DNA of 64,000 bases from Candidatus Thorarchaeota archaeon (GCA_048884965.1 JBHLQH010000001.1:224001-288000); one strand, 5' to 3'; positions 28,334 through 38,101 are shown, counted from the first letter of the stretch. Notes: generated from the letters alone by a model not told the origin. Numbers and translations are program-made.

Positions 28334-28951
28334 TCAGGATTTTCGTCTTTTTGGAAAGTACATGCCTACTTGCCTGCGATACTCGATATAGGACTCACCA
28401 TATCGTAGGATTAAATCCCTCTCCTCAACAATGGACATGTAAAAGAATATCGGGATCCATAAGAATGAGAACAGGAATAGAAATGTGCTATTCAGAACCA
28501 GAGCTATGATATGACCAGTCCACACCTCTCCTAGGGATTGGGGGTGTCGAATCCAATTGTAGATGCCACCGTACATCTCATGCTCTTTCTTTGGACGCAA
28601 GGTTTCTTCGCCAGCATCTCGCACTCCTAATCCCATGAGTAGGAATGAAGGTATTGCAATCAATACTGCTAGAATTAGAGAAACACTATACTCCCAAGGT
28701 AGGTTGATAGGTATTGGGAGGGGAAGTGGGAAGAAGTAATAGAGCAGATATGCCAGAAAGAAGAGGAAGAACGTTATCGAAGCATACTCTCGATATCTTT
28801 CACATTTCTCATATGCTATCTGCCCAATTTCTTTCTCAAGCCTTGCAGGCTGAACACTCTTGATGTAGAGGTATAGGGATGCCAATGTGCTTCCGATGAG
28901 AAAAATCAGGTTTAGCCATTCAATCATGATGTTCACTATTTCATAAAACAC
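28334..28951 (-). CDS. ICMT/PEMT-family membrane methyltransferase
   Basis: GIYNWIRHP, EERDL..RYGESY..Y...V. Confidence 0.85.
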   Translation of the reverse strand: MFYEIVNIMIEWLNLIFLIGSTLASLYLYIKSVQPARLEKEIGQIAYEKCERYREYASITFFLFFLAYLLYYFFPLPLPIPINLPWEYSVSLILAVLIAIPSFLLMGLGVRDAGEETLRPKKEHEMYGGIYNWIRHPQSLGEVWTGHIIALVLNSTFLFLFSFLWIPIFFYMSIVEERDLILRYGESYIEYRRQVGMYFPKRRKS

Positions 28952-29019
28952 ACTGATGTAATATAAGCAAGCGCGAGAAAATCGACGTATTATACGGTAT
29001 TCACCGTATGCGTCCCTGA

Positions 29020-30021
29020 CTATCCACCATATCCTCTTGGATCAGTTCTCTGCAATTCTCGTATATAGATATAGGCTGAATCTGCGGCAATTGCTCCTTG
29101 ACCAACTGCGACCGCGATTTGTTTCATAGACTCAACAACATCTCCTGCTGCGAAGAATCCTGGGATGTTGGTGGTCTGATTGGCCTGCACAAGGATTTCT
29201 CCATTCCTGTTCGTTTCTACTCCTAGATCAATTGCCAACTGACTATTCGGTGAAGAACCCAGCGCAACAAACGCTCCATCAACTTCTACGATTCTTTCTT
29301 CACCAGTCTTTAGGTCCTCAAGAACTACTTCACGAAGTAAGTCATCTCCTCTGAATTCCTTCACAACATGACTCCATTTGATCTCTACCTTTGCATCGAA
29401 CACCATGTCCTGCATAGCTTTCTCAGCACGTAATTCATCCCGTCGATGAACAAGGATAGTATTCTCTGTTAGTTCAGAGAGATAGACCGATTCAACAGCT
29501 GCAGTATTTCCCCCTCCAATAACTAGAACTCGTTTGTTTCTAAAGAGAGGTCCATCACAGGTCGCACAGAAGGAAACTCCTCGTCCAGTGAACTCAGCCT
29601 CGCCAGGGACGTCTAGGTGTCTATGACCTCCACCAGTCGCGAAGATAATTGCTCTTGATCGGTAATTGCCTCTTCGCGTTTCAAGAATGAAATCTCCCTT
29701 TTCACCTTCTTCGCGAGAGATTTTCTTCACTTCAGTAATCTCTCTGATCTTGGCTCCGGTTGCTTTTACCTGCTCTTTCATCTTAGATGCCAAATCGATT
29801 CCAGTTATGTAGGTAAATCCCGGATAGTTCTCGATTCCAGGACTAGTAGCTTGAGCACCTCCTAGGACTGCTGACTCTAGAAGCAAGGTCTTCAAGCCAT
29901 AACGTGCCGCATAGATTGCAGCCGTCATCCCTGCTGGACCTCCTCCAATGATGATGACTTCCCATTCAAGGTCCTCGTCTGTTGGTGTCTTGGACGTTCC
30001 TGTGATTTTCATATGCAACAA
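29020..30021 (-). CDS. trxB: Thioredoxin reductase
   Basis: GGGPAG, GVSFCATCDG, GGGNTA, HRRD, AAGD. Confidence 0.93.
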   Translation of the reverse strand: MLHMKITGTSKTPTDEDLEWEVIIIGGGPAGMTAAIYAARYGLKTLLLESAVLGGAQATSPGIENYPGFTYITGIDLASKMKEQVKATGAKIREITEVKKISREEGEKGDFILETRRGNYRSRAIIFATGGGHRHLDVPGEAEFTGRGVSFCATCDGPLFRNKRVLVIGGGNTAAVESVYLSELTENTILVHRRDELRAEKAMQDMVFDAKVEIKWSHVVKEFRGDDLLREVVLEDLKTGEERIVEVDGAFVALGSSPNSQLAIDLGVETNRNGEILVQANQTTNIPGFFAAGDVVESMKQIAVAVGQGAIAADSAYIYIRELQRTDPRGYGG

Positions 30022-30055
30022 CTCACATTCATCGTAAGGTCTTAATCATTCTTTC

Positions 30056-30907
30056 TCATACAATGCCCATTTTCTCAAGTTGCCATTCATCTATATCTTC
30101 GCCTGCAGAGATAAGAATTCTCTCAATAGGCTTGATTATTTCTGCGACTCTTGAGAATGGTACTTCTCGAATTGCCTGGCTTTTGAATTTCTTCAATATA
30201 GTAGCTTTCCTAAACCGTTCTGCATCATATACAAATATATGGCCTGGACCGGTCACGAGTACTGTATCTACATCATCGAGTCCTTCCCACGGCCATGCTG
30301 TATTGTTGAAGCTTTCAATAATGGTAATCTCAGCTGATCTTTCTATGTACTCTAAGTTTGAATCAAGCACTCCTTCCAGAACCTGTTCTGTATATGCTAG
30401 AACCTCTTCTAACGAATTAAAGGGTATAATCTCATTTTCATGAGTAAGAGTGTTTGCGTATTCAGGCGTCAGCATGAGACGCCCAGATACAATGAGATTC
30501 TTCGCCACTAGTGCAACAGATTTGATTCCATCAGTATCCGGCTTTGAGAATCTTCTCAAGGCAAAGATTGAATCCCACCCATTCATGGCGAGGGAGTGAG
30601 AAATAATCTCGTCAGGTCGCTCCAGAATCGCTGGCACAAACAAGGTGTGAATGGGGTTAATGATCTCTATTGGGAGAGTTGAGTCCAAAGCCATTCTTGC
30701 TCTGTGTGCATCCAAGGAATAGATCTTCTTGTCTTTGAAGCAAGTCTGGATATGGTCGTACCTGTACCAATAGTTGCTTCCACTCATGGGTTTGAAGTAC
30801 TCCACCAATTTTCCATTTGCTTTGAGGGACTTTGCCACCTTCAAGGACAGATTTGTCTTTCCTGAATCAAATGGATTCGCTCCGATAATCAATATCCTCT
30901 TGGACAT
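30056..30907 (-). CDS. Predicted archaeal P-loop NTPase (BioD/CobQ-like fold)
   Basis: GANPFDSGKT, FKP.SG.N, IIESFN. Confidence 0.65.
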   Translation of the reverse strand: MSKRILIIGANPFDSGKTNLSLKVAKSLKANGKLVEYFKPMSGSNYWYRYDHIQTCFKDKKIYSLDAHRARMALDSTLPIEIINPIHTLFVPAILERPDEIISHSLAMNGWDSIFALRRFSKPDTDGIKSVALVAKNLIVSGRLMLTPEYANTLTHENEIIPFNSLEEVLAYTEQVLEGVLDSNLEYIERSAEITIIESFNNTAWPWEGLDDVDTVLVTGPGHIFVYDAERFRKATILKKFKSQAIREVPFSRVAEIIKPIERILISAGEDIDEWQLEKMGIV

Positions 30908-30920
30908 TCGAGTACACCTG

Positions 30921-30954
30921 AAAAAAGGAAAAGTAAGGAGCCCAATAGGCTCCT
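30921..30954 (-). terminator. Terminator of the thermosome gene
   Basis: AGGAGCC/GGCTCCT stem followed by a T-tract on the minus strand. Confidence 0.65.
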
Positions 30955-30970
30955 CGTATTGTGTCTGATA

Positions 30971-32629
30971 TTACATCATTCCGGGCATGCCGCCCATGCC
31001 GCCCATGCCACCCATACCAGCGCCACCCATATCAGGTGCTGCGCTAGCTTTGGCAGCGATTACGTCATCAATCCTAAGGATCATCTGAGCAGCTTCTGCA
31101 GCTGAACGAACTGCTTGATGCTTGACACGTACTGGCTCAATGACTCCTTCTTTCATCATATCAACAGTTTTACCCTTGATCACGTCAACGCCTATCCATA
31201 AGCCAGTTGCTTCAGCGTGCTCCTTGTTCAAGTCTGTGATGATGTCAATAGGATCATGTCCGCCATTCTCAGTAAGAGTTTTGGGAATGATTCTTAATGC
31301 CTCTGCAAATGCTTCTATTGCTAGTTGCTCTCTGCCTTTGACCTTACCCGCGTATATCTCAAGTCTCTTGGCGAGTTCAGCTTCAGTTGAACCTCCACCT
31401 GCAACATATATGCCATCTTCTACGACGTTTCTGACGACGCAAAGAGCATCATGTAGGGCTCTGTCAGCTTCATCAACAACATGCTCAGTACCACCACGGA
31501 TCACAATTGACACTGCTTTCGGGTCCTTGCAATCCCTAACGTAAACAAGCTTGTCATCACCGATTTTTGCCTCTTCGACAATTCCGGCATATCCAATTTG
31601 ATCGGCTGCAAGTTCATCAAGACTTGATGCTACCTGAGCACCTGTGGCCTTTGCGAGCTTATCAAGGGTACTTTTCTTTGCTCTGCGAATTGCCATGATT
31701 CCAGCTTTTGCTAGAAAATGCTGTGCTACATCATCAATTCCCTTCTGGCAAACAAGAACATTTGCTCCAGAATTGATGACCTTGTTAACCATGTTTACAA
31801 GCATCTGTTCCTCTTGGTCTAGGAATGCCTTAATTTGGTCGGGGCTGTCAATCTTGATCTCTGCATCAAACTCAGTCTTTTCGATTTCGATTGCAGCATT
31901 TACTAGAGCAATTTTGGCTCCCTCGATCTTTCTTGGCATTGAAGCATGAACGATCTCCTTGTCAATGACCATACCGTTGATTAGTTCGGTTTCTTCTAGG
32001 CTCTTGCCTTGCTTCTTGATGATCTCGATCATGTCGATGTCGGCCTTGGTCTTACCATTGACTTCCTCCCTTACTTGGAGGACTGCATCGACTGCAATCT
32101 TTGCAAAGTGGTCTTTTGAGCCCATGACAGACTTGCTGTTCATCGAGGTCTGTGCGATCTTAAGGAGCACTTTCTTGTCCATTCCATCCATTGACACACC
32201 AATGTCATCAAGAATCCTGGTCGCCTCTTCAGCTGCTTTCTGATAGCCGCTGACAATTATTGTCGGATGAATCTTCTTCTCAAGAAGGTCCTGAGCTCTC
32301 TTGAGGAGTTCACCTGCGATAACAACGGAAGTTGTGGTACCATCACCTGTTTCTTGATCTTGGCTCTTGGCTACCTCAACAAGCATCTTGGCTGCTGGGT
32401 GCTGTACGTCAATCTCCTTTAGGATGCTAGCGCCATCGTTTGTGATGGTGACGTCACCTAGGCTGTCAACGAGCATCTTGTCCATGCCACGAGGTCCTAG
32501 GGTTGATTTTACTGCGTCCGAGATGACAATACCTGCCATGATGTTATTCGCTTGTGCGGATCTACCGCGATTTCTACTTGTCCCTTCCTTAAGGATAAGG
32601 ACGGGTGTTCCAGACAATTGTCCTGACAT
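30971..32629 (-). CDS. ths: Thermosome subunit (group II chaperonin)
   Basis: TLGPRGMDKM, TNDG, GDGTTT, GGM-rich tail. Confidence 0.97.
   Translation of the reverse strand: MSGQLSGTPVLILKEGTSRNRGRSAQANNIMAGIVISDAVKSTLGPRGMDKMLVDSLGDVTITNDGASILKEIDVQHPAAKMLVEVAKSQDQETGDGTTTSVVIAGELLKRAQDLLEKKIHPTIIVSGYQKAAEEATRILDDIGVSMDGMDKKVLLKIAQTSMNSKSVMGSKDHFAKIAVDAVLQVREEVNGKTKADIDMIEIIKKQGKSLEETELINGMVIDKEIVHASMPRKIEGAKIALVNAAIEIEKTEFDAEIKIDSPDQIKAFLDQEEQMLVNMVNKVINSGANVLVCQKGIDDVAQHFLAKAGIMAIRRAKKSTLDKLAKATGAQVASSLDELAADQIGYAGIVEEAKIGDDKLVYVRDCKDPKAVSIVIRGGTEHVVDEADRALHDALCVVRNVVEDGIYVAGGGSTEAELAKRLEIYAGKVKGREQLAIEAFAEALRIIPKTLTENGGHDPIDIITDLNKEHAEATGLWIGVDVIKGKTVDMMKEGVIEPVRVKHQAVRSAAEAAQMILRIDDVIAAKASAAPDMGGAGMGGMGGMGGMPGMM
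30982..31030 (-). repeat. Imperfect 9-bp tandem repeat encoding the GGM tail
   Basis: CATGCCGCC units within the 3' end of ths. Confidence 0.8.
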
Positions 32630-32935
32630 TTCTCTTTCCCCATTTATTTTATTGAGTCTGCCACCTTTCTACGATGGACTGACTTTCCGGTTTTTGTCAA
32701 AACTGTACATGTACTTCGACATGTAGTTCTAAGAAAACTGTGCATGGACTTCGTATAAAAAGCTTGTCTTACAACGCACTACCTGAAAGTATTCATCCAT
32801 ATCCTTCCCGGATATGGAATATCTATTACAGAAATCCCTCCATTGAAACCTCTCCAATATCCCAGTCAATTGTTGAGGAAAGCGATAAAGCACTAAATCT
32901 ATCTGTATTTTTTCAATGGAATGAAATGACATAGC

Positions 32936-33418
32936 ATGAATGCAATGAGCAGTCCAATTCCCTCAGCTCCCTCGCTGATGGGAAAACTGAAACCTGAGCA
33001 GGTAGCATATTTGCTTATCATATGCACTTTCTTCCTACCTTTCCTGATCGGTTTTGGCTATGGCAAGGTGTTTTTCATATTTCCATTATTTGAGTTGTCT
33101 GGATTTAGCGTAACCGAGTTCCCCCTCGAATTTGCTTTTGTCACTCCAGTTTCAATCTTTGTATGGATGCCTAATCTCTTCTTCAGCTATTCTGTCTACA
33201 TATATTATAGAAGTGAATTCAGCAGAAATATTCTGTTCGTCGTGCTAGTCTTGAGTCTTTTGTATCTATTTTTTCTAGCCTTCCTTTTTGGATTGGGAGT
33301 TGTTGATTTCTATCCATTACCACTTCTACAGATGATAGGAATTCTATTCTATATAAATCCGCAAAAGCATCCCACTTTTGATATCTGGGGAAATCAAGAG
33401 GAAGAGAATAGATGGTAG
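32936..33418 (+). CDS. Small multi-TM hypothetical protein (paralog A)
   Basis: Hydrophobic; PNLFFSY and PLPLLQ motifs shared with 34130 and 34572. Confidence 0.7.
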   Translation: MNAMSSPIPSAPSLMGKLKPEQVAYLLIICTFFLPFLIGFGYGKVFFIFPLFELSGFSVTEFPLEFAFVTPVSIFVWMPNLFFSYSVYIYYRSEFSRNILFVVLVLSLLYLFFLAFLFGLGVVDFYPLPLLQMIGILFYINPQKHPTFDIWGNQEEENRW

Positions 33419-33469
33419 ACTCCTTATTGATTCATCCCTACTAAAGAAGAGGAGGCTTATTCACAAAGA

Positions 33470-33958
33470 CTACTTTCTGAAGTAAATACGTTTCTTACAA
33501 GCAAGAGGCCCGGCATGAAGGATCTCAATACCCACCTTCTCGCCCATCAACACCTCTAGCATACCAGCAAGATAACCATTGGTCAAGTAGCAAATAGGTC
33601 CACACTGGTGCATACCGTTGTTGGTAACTGCAGTACGAACAGGACAGTCACGAACCATGATATTGACTGAAGGTTGATTCAAGTCGTCCTCGTAGAAGTA
33701 GGATTGATCATCACCATTCTTTCGTAATTCAATACTCCAGACACCTTCGTAAGCTTCGTTGACGAGGTCGATTGCTGGAAGGAGTGCGTTGGTCTTATTC
33801 ATGTCTTGAGCTAATCGTCTTCCTTCTTCTACTCCTGTATTGAAGATCAAACCTTTTGATGCTGGTCCGAGAAGATCCTCTATGCCAACATTCAATGCAG
33901 TCAATAAGGATCGATACGTGTCAACACGTTTCAACTCCTTGTCACTTAGGTGTTCCAT
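33470..33958 (-). CDS. Stand-alone V4R-domain protein (paralog 2)
   Basis: G.EEG, DCP, C..T.GY..G, C-terminal C; closely similar to 37610..38101. Confidence 0.8.
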   Translation of the reverse strand: MEHLSDKELKRVDTYRSLLTALNVGIEDLLGPASKGLIFNTGVEEGRRLAQDMNKTNALLPAIDLVNEAYEGVWSIELRKNGDDQSYFYEDDLNQPSVNIMVRDCPVRTAVTNNGMHQCGPICYLTNGYLAGMLEVLMGEKVGIEILHAGPLACKKRIYFRK

Positions 33959-34129
33959 TGTATTTCGTAACCATAATCGTAGGATTATAACACAATCGGA
34001 AATATAACCAATCTTCTAATCAAAGCATATGAACAGTTATTTGTTGATATCTCTGTCAATGTGTTTCCTTTAGTTCAATCAATATTCTCAGAAGAAAAGA
34101 CATTTCTTATTGTTCTTCTACGGATTTGA

Positions 34130-34594
34130 TTGGTAGGACTGATGGTCAGTGGAATTTGGAATATCGGCATTGTAATGACATTATCATTCGTGTTTCTACC
34201 TTTTATGATATTGACACCTTGGGCGAATGTAGAGGATATCGCAATATTGGGTCATCCCCATGTAGTATTCATCTTCTGGTCGATTGGGTCCTTTGGTCCT
34301 GAAAGTATCCTGATGATCGAGCTCTTTGCGTATTATGAGGTACTCGCTTATCTTGTTCTGAACCTGCCAAACATCTTGTTCGTCTACAAGCTTATACAGT
34401 ATACGGAGCAAGTTGCTTCAAAGAAGGAAGTATTGATAGCAGCATTGATAGGTCCAATCGCTTTTCTAATGGTTGGATTTCCCTCAACGATCTTCTACTA
34501 TCTATCTGGTTATCTTGTTCTGAATTTGCCTTTACCATTACTACAGATAGTTGGATTATCCTATCTAAGATATGGAGTTGAGGGATCTGAATGA
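34130..34594 (+). CDS. Small multi-TM hypothetical protein (paralog B)
   Basis: PNILFVY, LPLPLLQIVG. Confidence 0.7.
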   Translation: MVGLMVSGIWNIGIVMTLSFVFLPFMILTPWANVEDIAILGHPHVVFIFWSIGSFGPESILMIELFAYYEVLAYLVLNLPNILFVYKLIQYTEQVASKKEVLIAALIGPIAFLMVGFPSTIFYYLSGYLVLNLPLPLLQIVGLSYLRYGVEGSE

Positions 34595-35039
34595 AGTACC
34601 GATGAAAGATGTGCTTGACCATTATCAAGAGAAAAGATCAGAGAGAGTTATTTCTGTTCTAGTATTCCTTACTCTATTTGTTCCATATCTGATAGCCATT
34701 GATACGGGTCTCATCGGACTGATATCCGTCGTGTATGGAATTTCATTTACTGCTCAGCAGGGTTTCATTTTCACAATTCCGTTGTTATACCCTGTTAGTA
34801 TAATACTATGGGCTCCCAACGCACTTTTCAGCTATATCGCGTACAAGAGTTATTTGGGGGAATCAAGTGATGGATACTTCATAGCCGCATTAGCGTTCAG
34901 CCTATGGTATGTCAATCTCTGGGGAGGTTTGTTCGGTCTCATATCAATTGATTTCCACTTTCCAGTACCACTTCTTCATATAGCTGGTATCTATTACTAT
35001 CTTGAAGGACGTGATAGAGGTGTCAAACATGTATGGTGA
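34572..35039 (+). CDS. Small multi-TM hypothetical protein (paralog C)
   Basis: PNALFSY, FPVPLLHIAG; exact start uncertain. Confidence 0.7.
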   Translation: MELRDLNEVPMKDVLDHYQEKRSERVISVLVFLTLFVPYLIAIDTGLIGLISVVYGISFTAQQGFIFTIPLLYPVSIILWAPNALFSYIAYKSYLGESSDGYFIAALAFSLWYVNLWGGLFGLISIDFHFPVPLLHIAGIYYYLEGRDRGVKHVW

Positions 35040-35069
35040 TATGGTATGCGTCCTCTTCTCGGTTTGACC

Positions 35070-35351
35070 TCATAGTATCCTCTTGGTCTTCTCCCATATT
35101 TGTGGATCAAGAAGGAACGAGTGTATCTCTTCGATACCCATTACTGTGATAGCTTCAGACCTACATGTATCCTTACATGACAAGCATCCAATGCAATTCT
35201 CAGGATTCGTAATTTCGGGAATCTCATTTGTTCTCTGTGTGATAACTGGAAGTTTTACTAGGCTGTTCTCACCTGAATGCGGACATGAGTCAACACACTC
35301 GCCACATTTCACACAGGCATCTTCGTTTCTTGTAAGAATAATTCTTGACAT
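35070..35351 (-). CDS. 2x[4Fe-4S] ferredoxin
   Basis: CVKCGECVDSCP and CIGCLSCKDTC. Confidence 0.9.
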   Translation of the reverse strand: MSRIILTRNEDACVKCGECVDSCPHSGENSLVKLPVITQRTNEIPEITNPENCIGCLSCKDTCRSEAITVMGIEEIHSFLLDPQIWEKTKRIL

Positions 35352-35352
35352 A

Positions 35353-36699
35353 TCAATCGCCTCCTACTTTGGTTATGTGAGTTGAACAGGATATACAAGG
35401 ATCATAAGCCCGCAGGACCATCTCGCAATTTCTGATTAGTCTGTCTTGATCGAGCCCTTGCTCCTTTCCAAAGACTACACTTTGTTTCAATGCATCATTG
35501 ATAGCTAGTTGATTATTCTGAGTCGCTACTAGCAGATTCGCTTTGGTCACGAACCCATTCGTAATTGCGTAGTGATGAAATAGTGTCCCTCGAGGAGCCT
35601 CAAGAACCCCTGCTGCTTCGCCATCCTTTGCTGTGACGGGGACTGATGTGTCATGCCGTTTCGCATCTGGTGAATCCAGAAGTACTTGGAGTCTTTCACA
35701 AGCATAGATTGCCTCGATTAATCTGACCCAATGTGAGAGGAGACTATGTTCCAGCGGATTACCCCATTTATTCAGTAGTTCTTTCAATTCATTGTCTGCC
35801 ATCTCTGTTCCAAATGAGCCATTCACGTTGGCACGTGCCAAACAATTGACTCGAAGGATTCCCTTCTCTGGACCGAGAGATTTCAGAAACGGTGCCTTCA
35901 TGAATGTTTCAGGGACTGTCATCTCTTTGATATAATCAGTATACACATTGGGATCAAACATTGCAATCTCTTGACCCCCTGAGTCGATGAGACGTACTTG
36001 TCCTCTTGTGAATGAAACCTTTCCATTATCTGAGAGTGCCATGTAGTTTGAAGGGACTGATCCAATGGATGAAATGAAATCACTTTTCTCCTCAAACCAA
36101 TTCTTCAATTGATCAAGGAAGATTTCGACAATGCCCTGAGCTTCAGATAGGAGTGATGAATAATCCAATGAATTTTCCAACAACGGATTGGCACCCATTC
36201 CTCCAAGCCTGACATTGACAGGGTGAACATTTCTGCCACCCATTGTTGCAGTAAGGCTTCGCCCAATTGTGTGAAGACGCATCCCCTTTTCAAAGAGGTC
36301 CGGATACTCAGACTTGATGTCCACAATACTATGAGCGTCATCCTTTGGAACCAGATCTGGCAAGGATAAAACAACGAACGACAATGCATGGGAGTCGATC
36401 AACTGTGATAGCACAAGCATTTCTCTAAGGACCTTTGCTGTCTCAGGAATATCTACATTGAGAGCCTTCTCTATCGCTTGTGATGCACTGACAGCATGTG
36501 ACACTGGGCACACTCCACATACACGACTGGCCAACCAAGGAATCCTTTCTATTGGGGCTCCGACCAAGAATGCCTCAAATCCTCTCAGAACTGGAGTTGT
36601 AAAGTATGCCCGATTGATAGAGCCGTCATCATGGAATTCTAAGTTCAGTCTTCCATGAGACTCAATTCTTGTCACTGGCTCTATCTTGATTTGAGTCAT
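35353..36699 (-). CDS. [NiFe]-hydrogenase large subunit (group 3-like)
   Basis: TRIESHG, L1 RVCGVC, EAPRG, L2 DPCISCSTH. ATG 36699 follows GGAGGT. Confidence 0.92.
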   Translation of the reverse strand: MTQIKIEPVTRIESHGRLNLEFHDDGSINRAYFTTPVLRGFEAFLVGAPIERIPWLASRVCGVCPVSHAVSASQAIEKALNVDIPETAKVLREMLVLSQLIDSHALSFVVLSLPDLVPKDDAHSIVDIKSEYPDLFEKGMRLHTIGRSLTATMGGRNVHPVNVRLGGMGANPLLENSLDYSSLLSEAQGIVEIFLDQLKNWFEEKSDFISSIGSVPSNYMALSDNGKVSFTRGQVRLIDSGGQEIAMFDPNVYTDYIKEMTVPETFMKAPFLKSLGPEKGILRVNCLARANVNGSFGTEMADNELKELLNKWGNPLEHSLLSHWVRLIEAIYACERLQVLLDSPDAKRHDTSVPVTAKDGEAAGVLEAPRGTLFHHYAITNGFVTKANLLVATQNNQLAINDALKQSVVFGKEQGLDQDRLIRNCEMVLRAYDPCISCSTHITKVGGD

Positions 36700-37613
36700 T
36701 TCATTACCTCCTTCTTCATGATTGGTGCTTGAAGCTCCACAATCTTCGAGTATGGTTTTCGTTTCATGGCTTGACTCGCGAATGTGAATGGGAAGAATCT
36801 CCATGGGATGGCTTGGATCTCCTTTAGCACATCTGCTTCAGATCTTCCTGAGAAATGTGATACTCTGCTCACAAAATCTCGCAGAACGTTATGAGTGGGT
36901 TGAATGAGAACTCTATCTGTTGGTCCTCTGCATCCACTACAGGCAATATTCATAGATGGGCATTGAGCACTACATCCGCCCCGTGTGACTGAGCCAAGAC
37001 AAATGTATCCCTGTGATAGCAAGCATATATCCTCATCAGGTATTGTGAGATTCTCGAAGCTCTCAATGTGTCTATGCTCTATTCGTCTGCCGCAGCTCGC
37101 ACACACTGGAAGGCGATGCTCTGTCGTCATCTCGATCTCCTTTCCCGCAAGCACCAAAGGAAGCGCATGTTGCAGAACTGACTCCGACGGTGGGCATCCT
37201 GGGATGTAATAGTCTATAGTGACGAATCTATCCAAGCTCTCCAGTCTAGGAATCACTGTGGGAGTATCTGAGTAGGTGCCAGAATCTCCAGTGACCACCT
37301 TCAACAGGTCATCAGTTCTTTGAAGATTCCCTAGAGCTTGAATGCCACCATAACTAGCGCAGGACCCTAGTGCTACTAGGATTTTAGACTTCTCTCTTGC
37401 GTCCCGGAGCTTTGCAAGATCTTCATCTGTTCGTACCGCTCCTTCGACCAAGCAACAATCGACATTTGGAAGCTCTCTCGCATCCATGATTGTAGTGGCA
37501 TATTTAATATCTGACAGCATTCTACTCAAGATCTCCTTCTGATCTAGAATAGACACCTGACAGCCTGAGCATGCTGAGAGACTTACAATTGCAATATCCA
37601 ATCTCTCACTCAG
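36696..37613 (-). CDS. [NiFe]-hydrogenase small subunit (MvhG/HydD-like)
   Basis: CSGC, EG, GSCA..GG, PGCPP, CASC, CLL..G.IC.G, C...CP....C.GC.GP. Probable CTG start. Confidence 0.9.
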   Translation of the reverse strand: MSERLDIAIVSLSACSGCQVSILDQKEILSRMLSDIKYATTIMDARELPNVDCCLVEGAVRTDEDLAKLRDAREKSKILVALGSCASYGGIQALGNLQRTDDLLKVVTGDSGTYSDTPTVIPRLESLDRFVTIDYYIPGCPPSESVLQHALPLVLAGKEIEMTTEHRLPVCASCGRRIEHRHIESFENLTIPDEDICLLSQGYICLGSVTRGGCSAQCPSMNIACSGCRGPTDRVLIQPTHNVLRDFVSRVSHFSGRSEADVLKEIQAIPWRFFPFTFASQAMKRKPYSKIVELQAPIMKKEVMK

Positions 37614-38101
37614 CTCCTGAAGTAGATTTTCTTCAAGCATGAATTTGGTCCAGTATGTTCGATCTCCATTCCGACTTTCTTATCCATGATTTCTGATAGC
37701 ATCCCGCAAAGGTTGCCATTTGTGAGATAACAGATTGGACCCCCTTGTTGCATTCCATGTGAGAGTACCGCTTGTCGAATTGGGCATTCATGGATTACTA
37801 TCTTCGCAGATGTATTTCCTTTCTCATCGACATATTCATACGACTCTTGCTCCTTTTCCTTGAAAAGCTGCACATTCCATACTCCGTCGAACGCCTCATT
37901 TACACTAGAAATTGCTTCCTCGATAGAATCAGATTTGGGGATATTCCTGCCAATCGTTCTTCCTTCTTCAACTCCAGTGGTGAAGATTAATCCTTTTGAT
38001 CCTCGTCCAAGTAGGTCTTCTATGCCATTATTGAGGGTTGTTAACAGTGAGAGTGCGCTGCTTAGCAACTTTGTCTGTTGGTCTTTTGTGGGGACGAACA
38101 T
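37610..38101 (-). CDS. V4R-domain protein (paralog 1), first gene of the hydrogenase operon
   Basis: ECP, ICY.T.G...G, SC; its stop overlaps the start of the small subunit. Confidence 0.8.
   Translation of the reverse strand: MFVPTKDQQTKLLSSALSLLTTLNNGIEDLLGRGSKGLIFTTGVEEGRTIGRNIPKSDSIEEAISSVNEAFDGVWNVQLFKEKEQESYEYVDEKGNTSAKIVIHECPIRQAVLSHGMQQGGPICYLTNGNLCGMLSEIMDKKVGMEIEHTGPNSCLKKIYFRS

Noticed and set aside
30982-31030. Short tandem repeat as CRISPR or VNTR
   Set aside because: It encodes the ordinary GGM chaperonin tail and has no spacers.
33470-38101. V4R proteins as TRAPP/Bet3 trafficking components
   Set aside because: They keep the three-Cys V4R pattern and sit with hydrogenase genes; no Bet3-specific evidence is visible.
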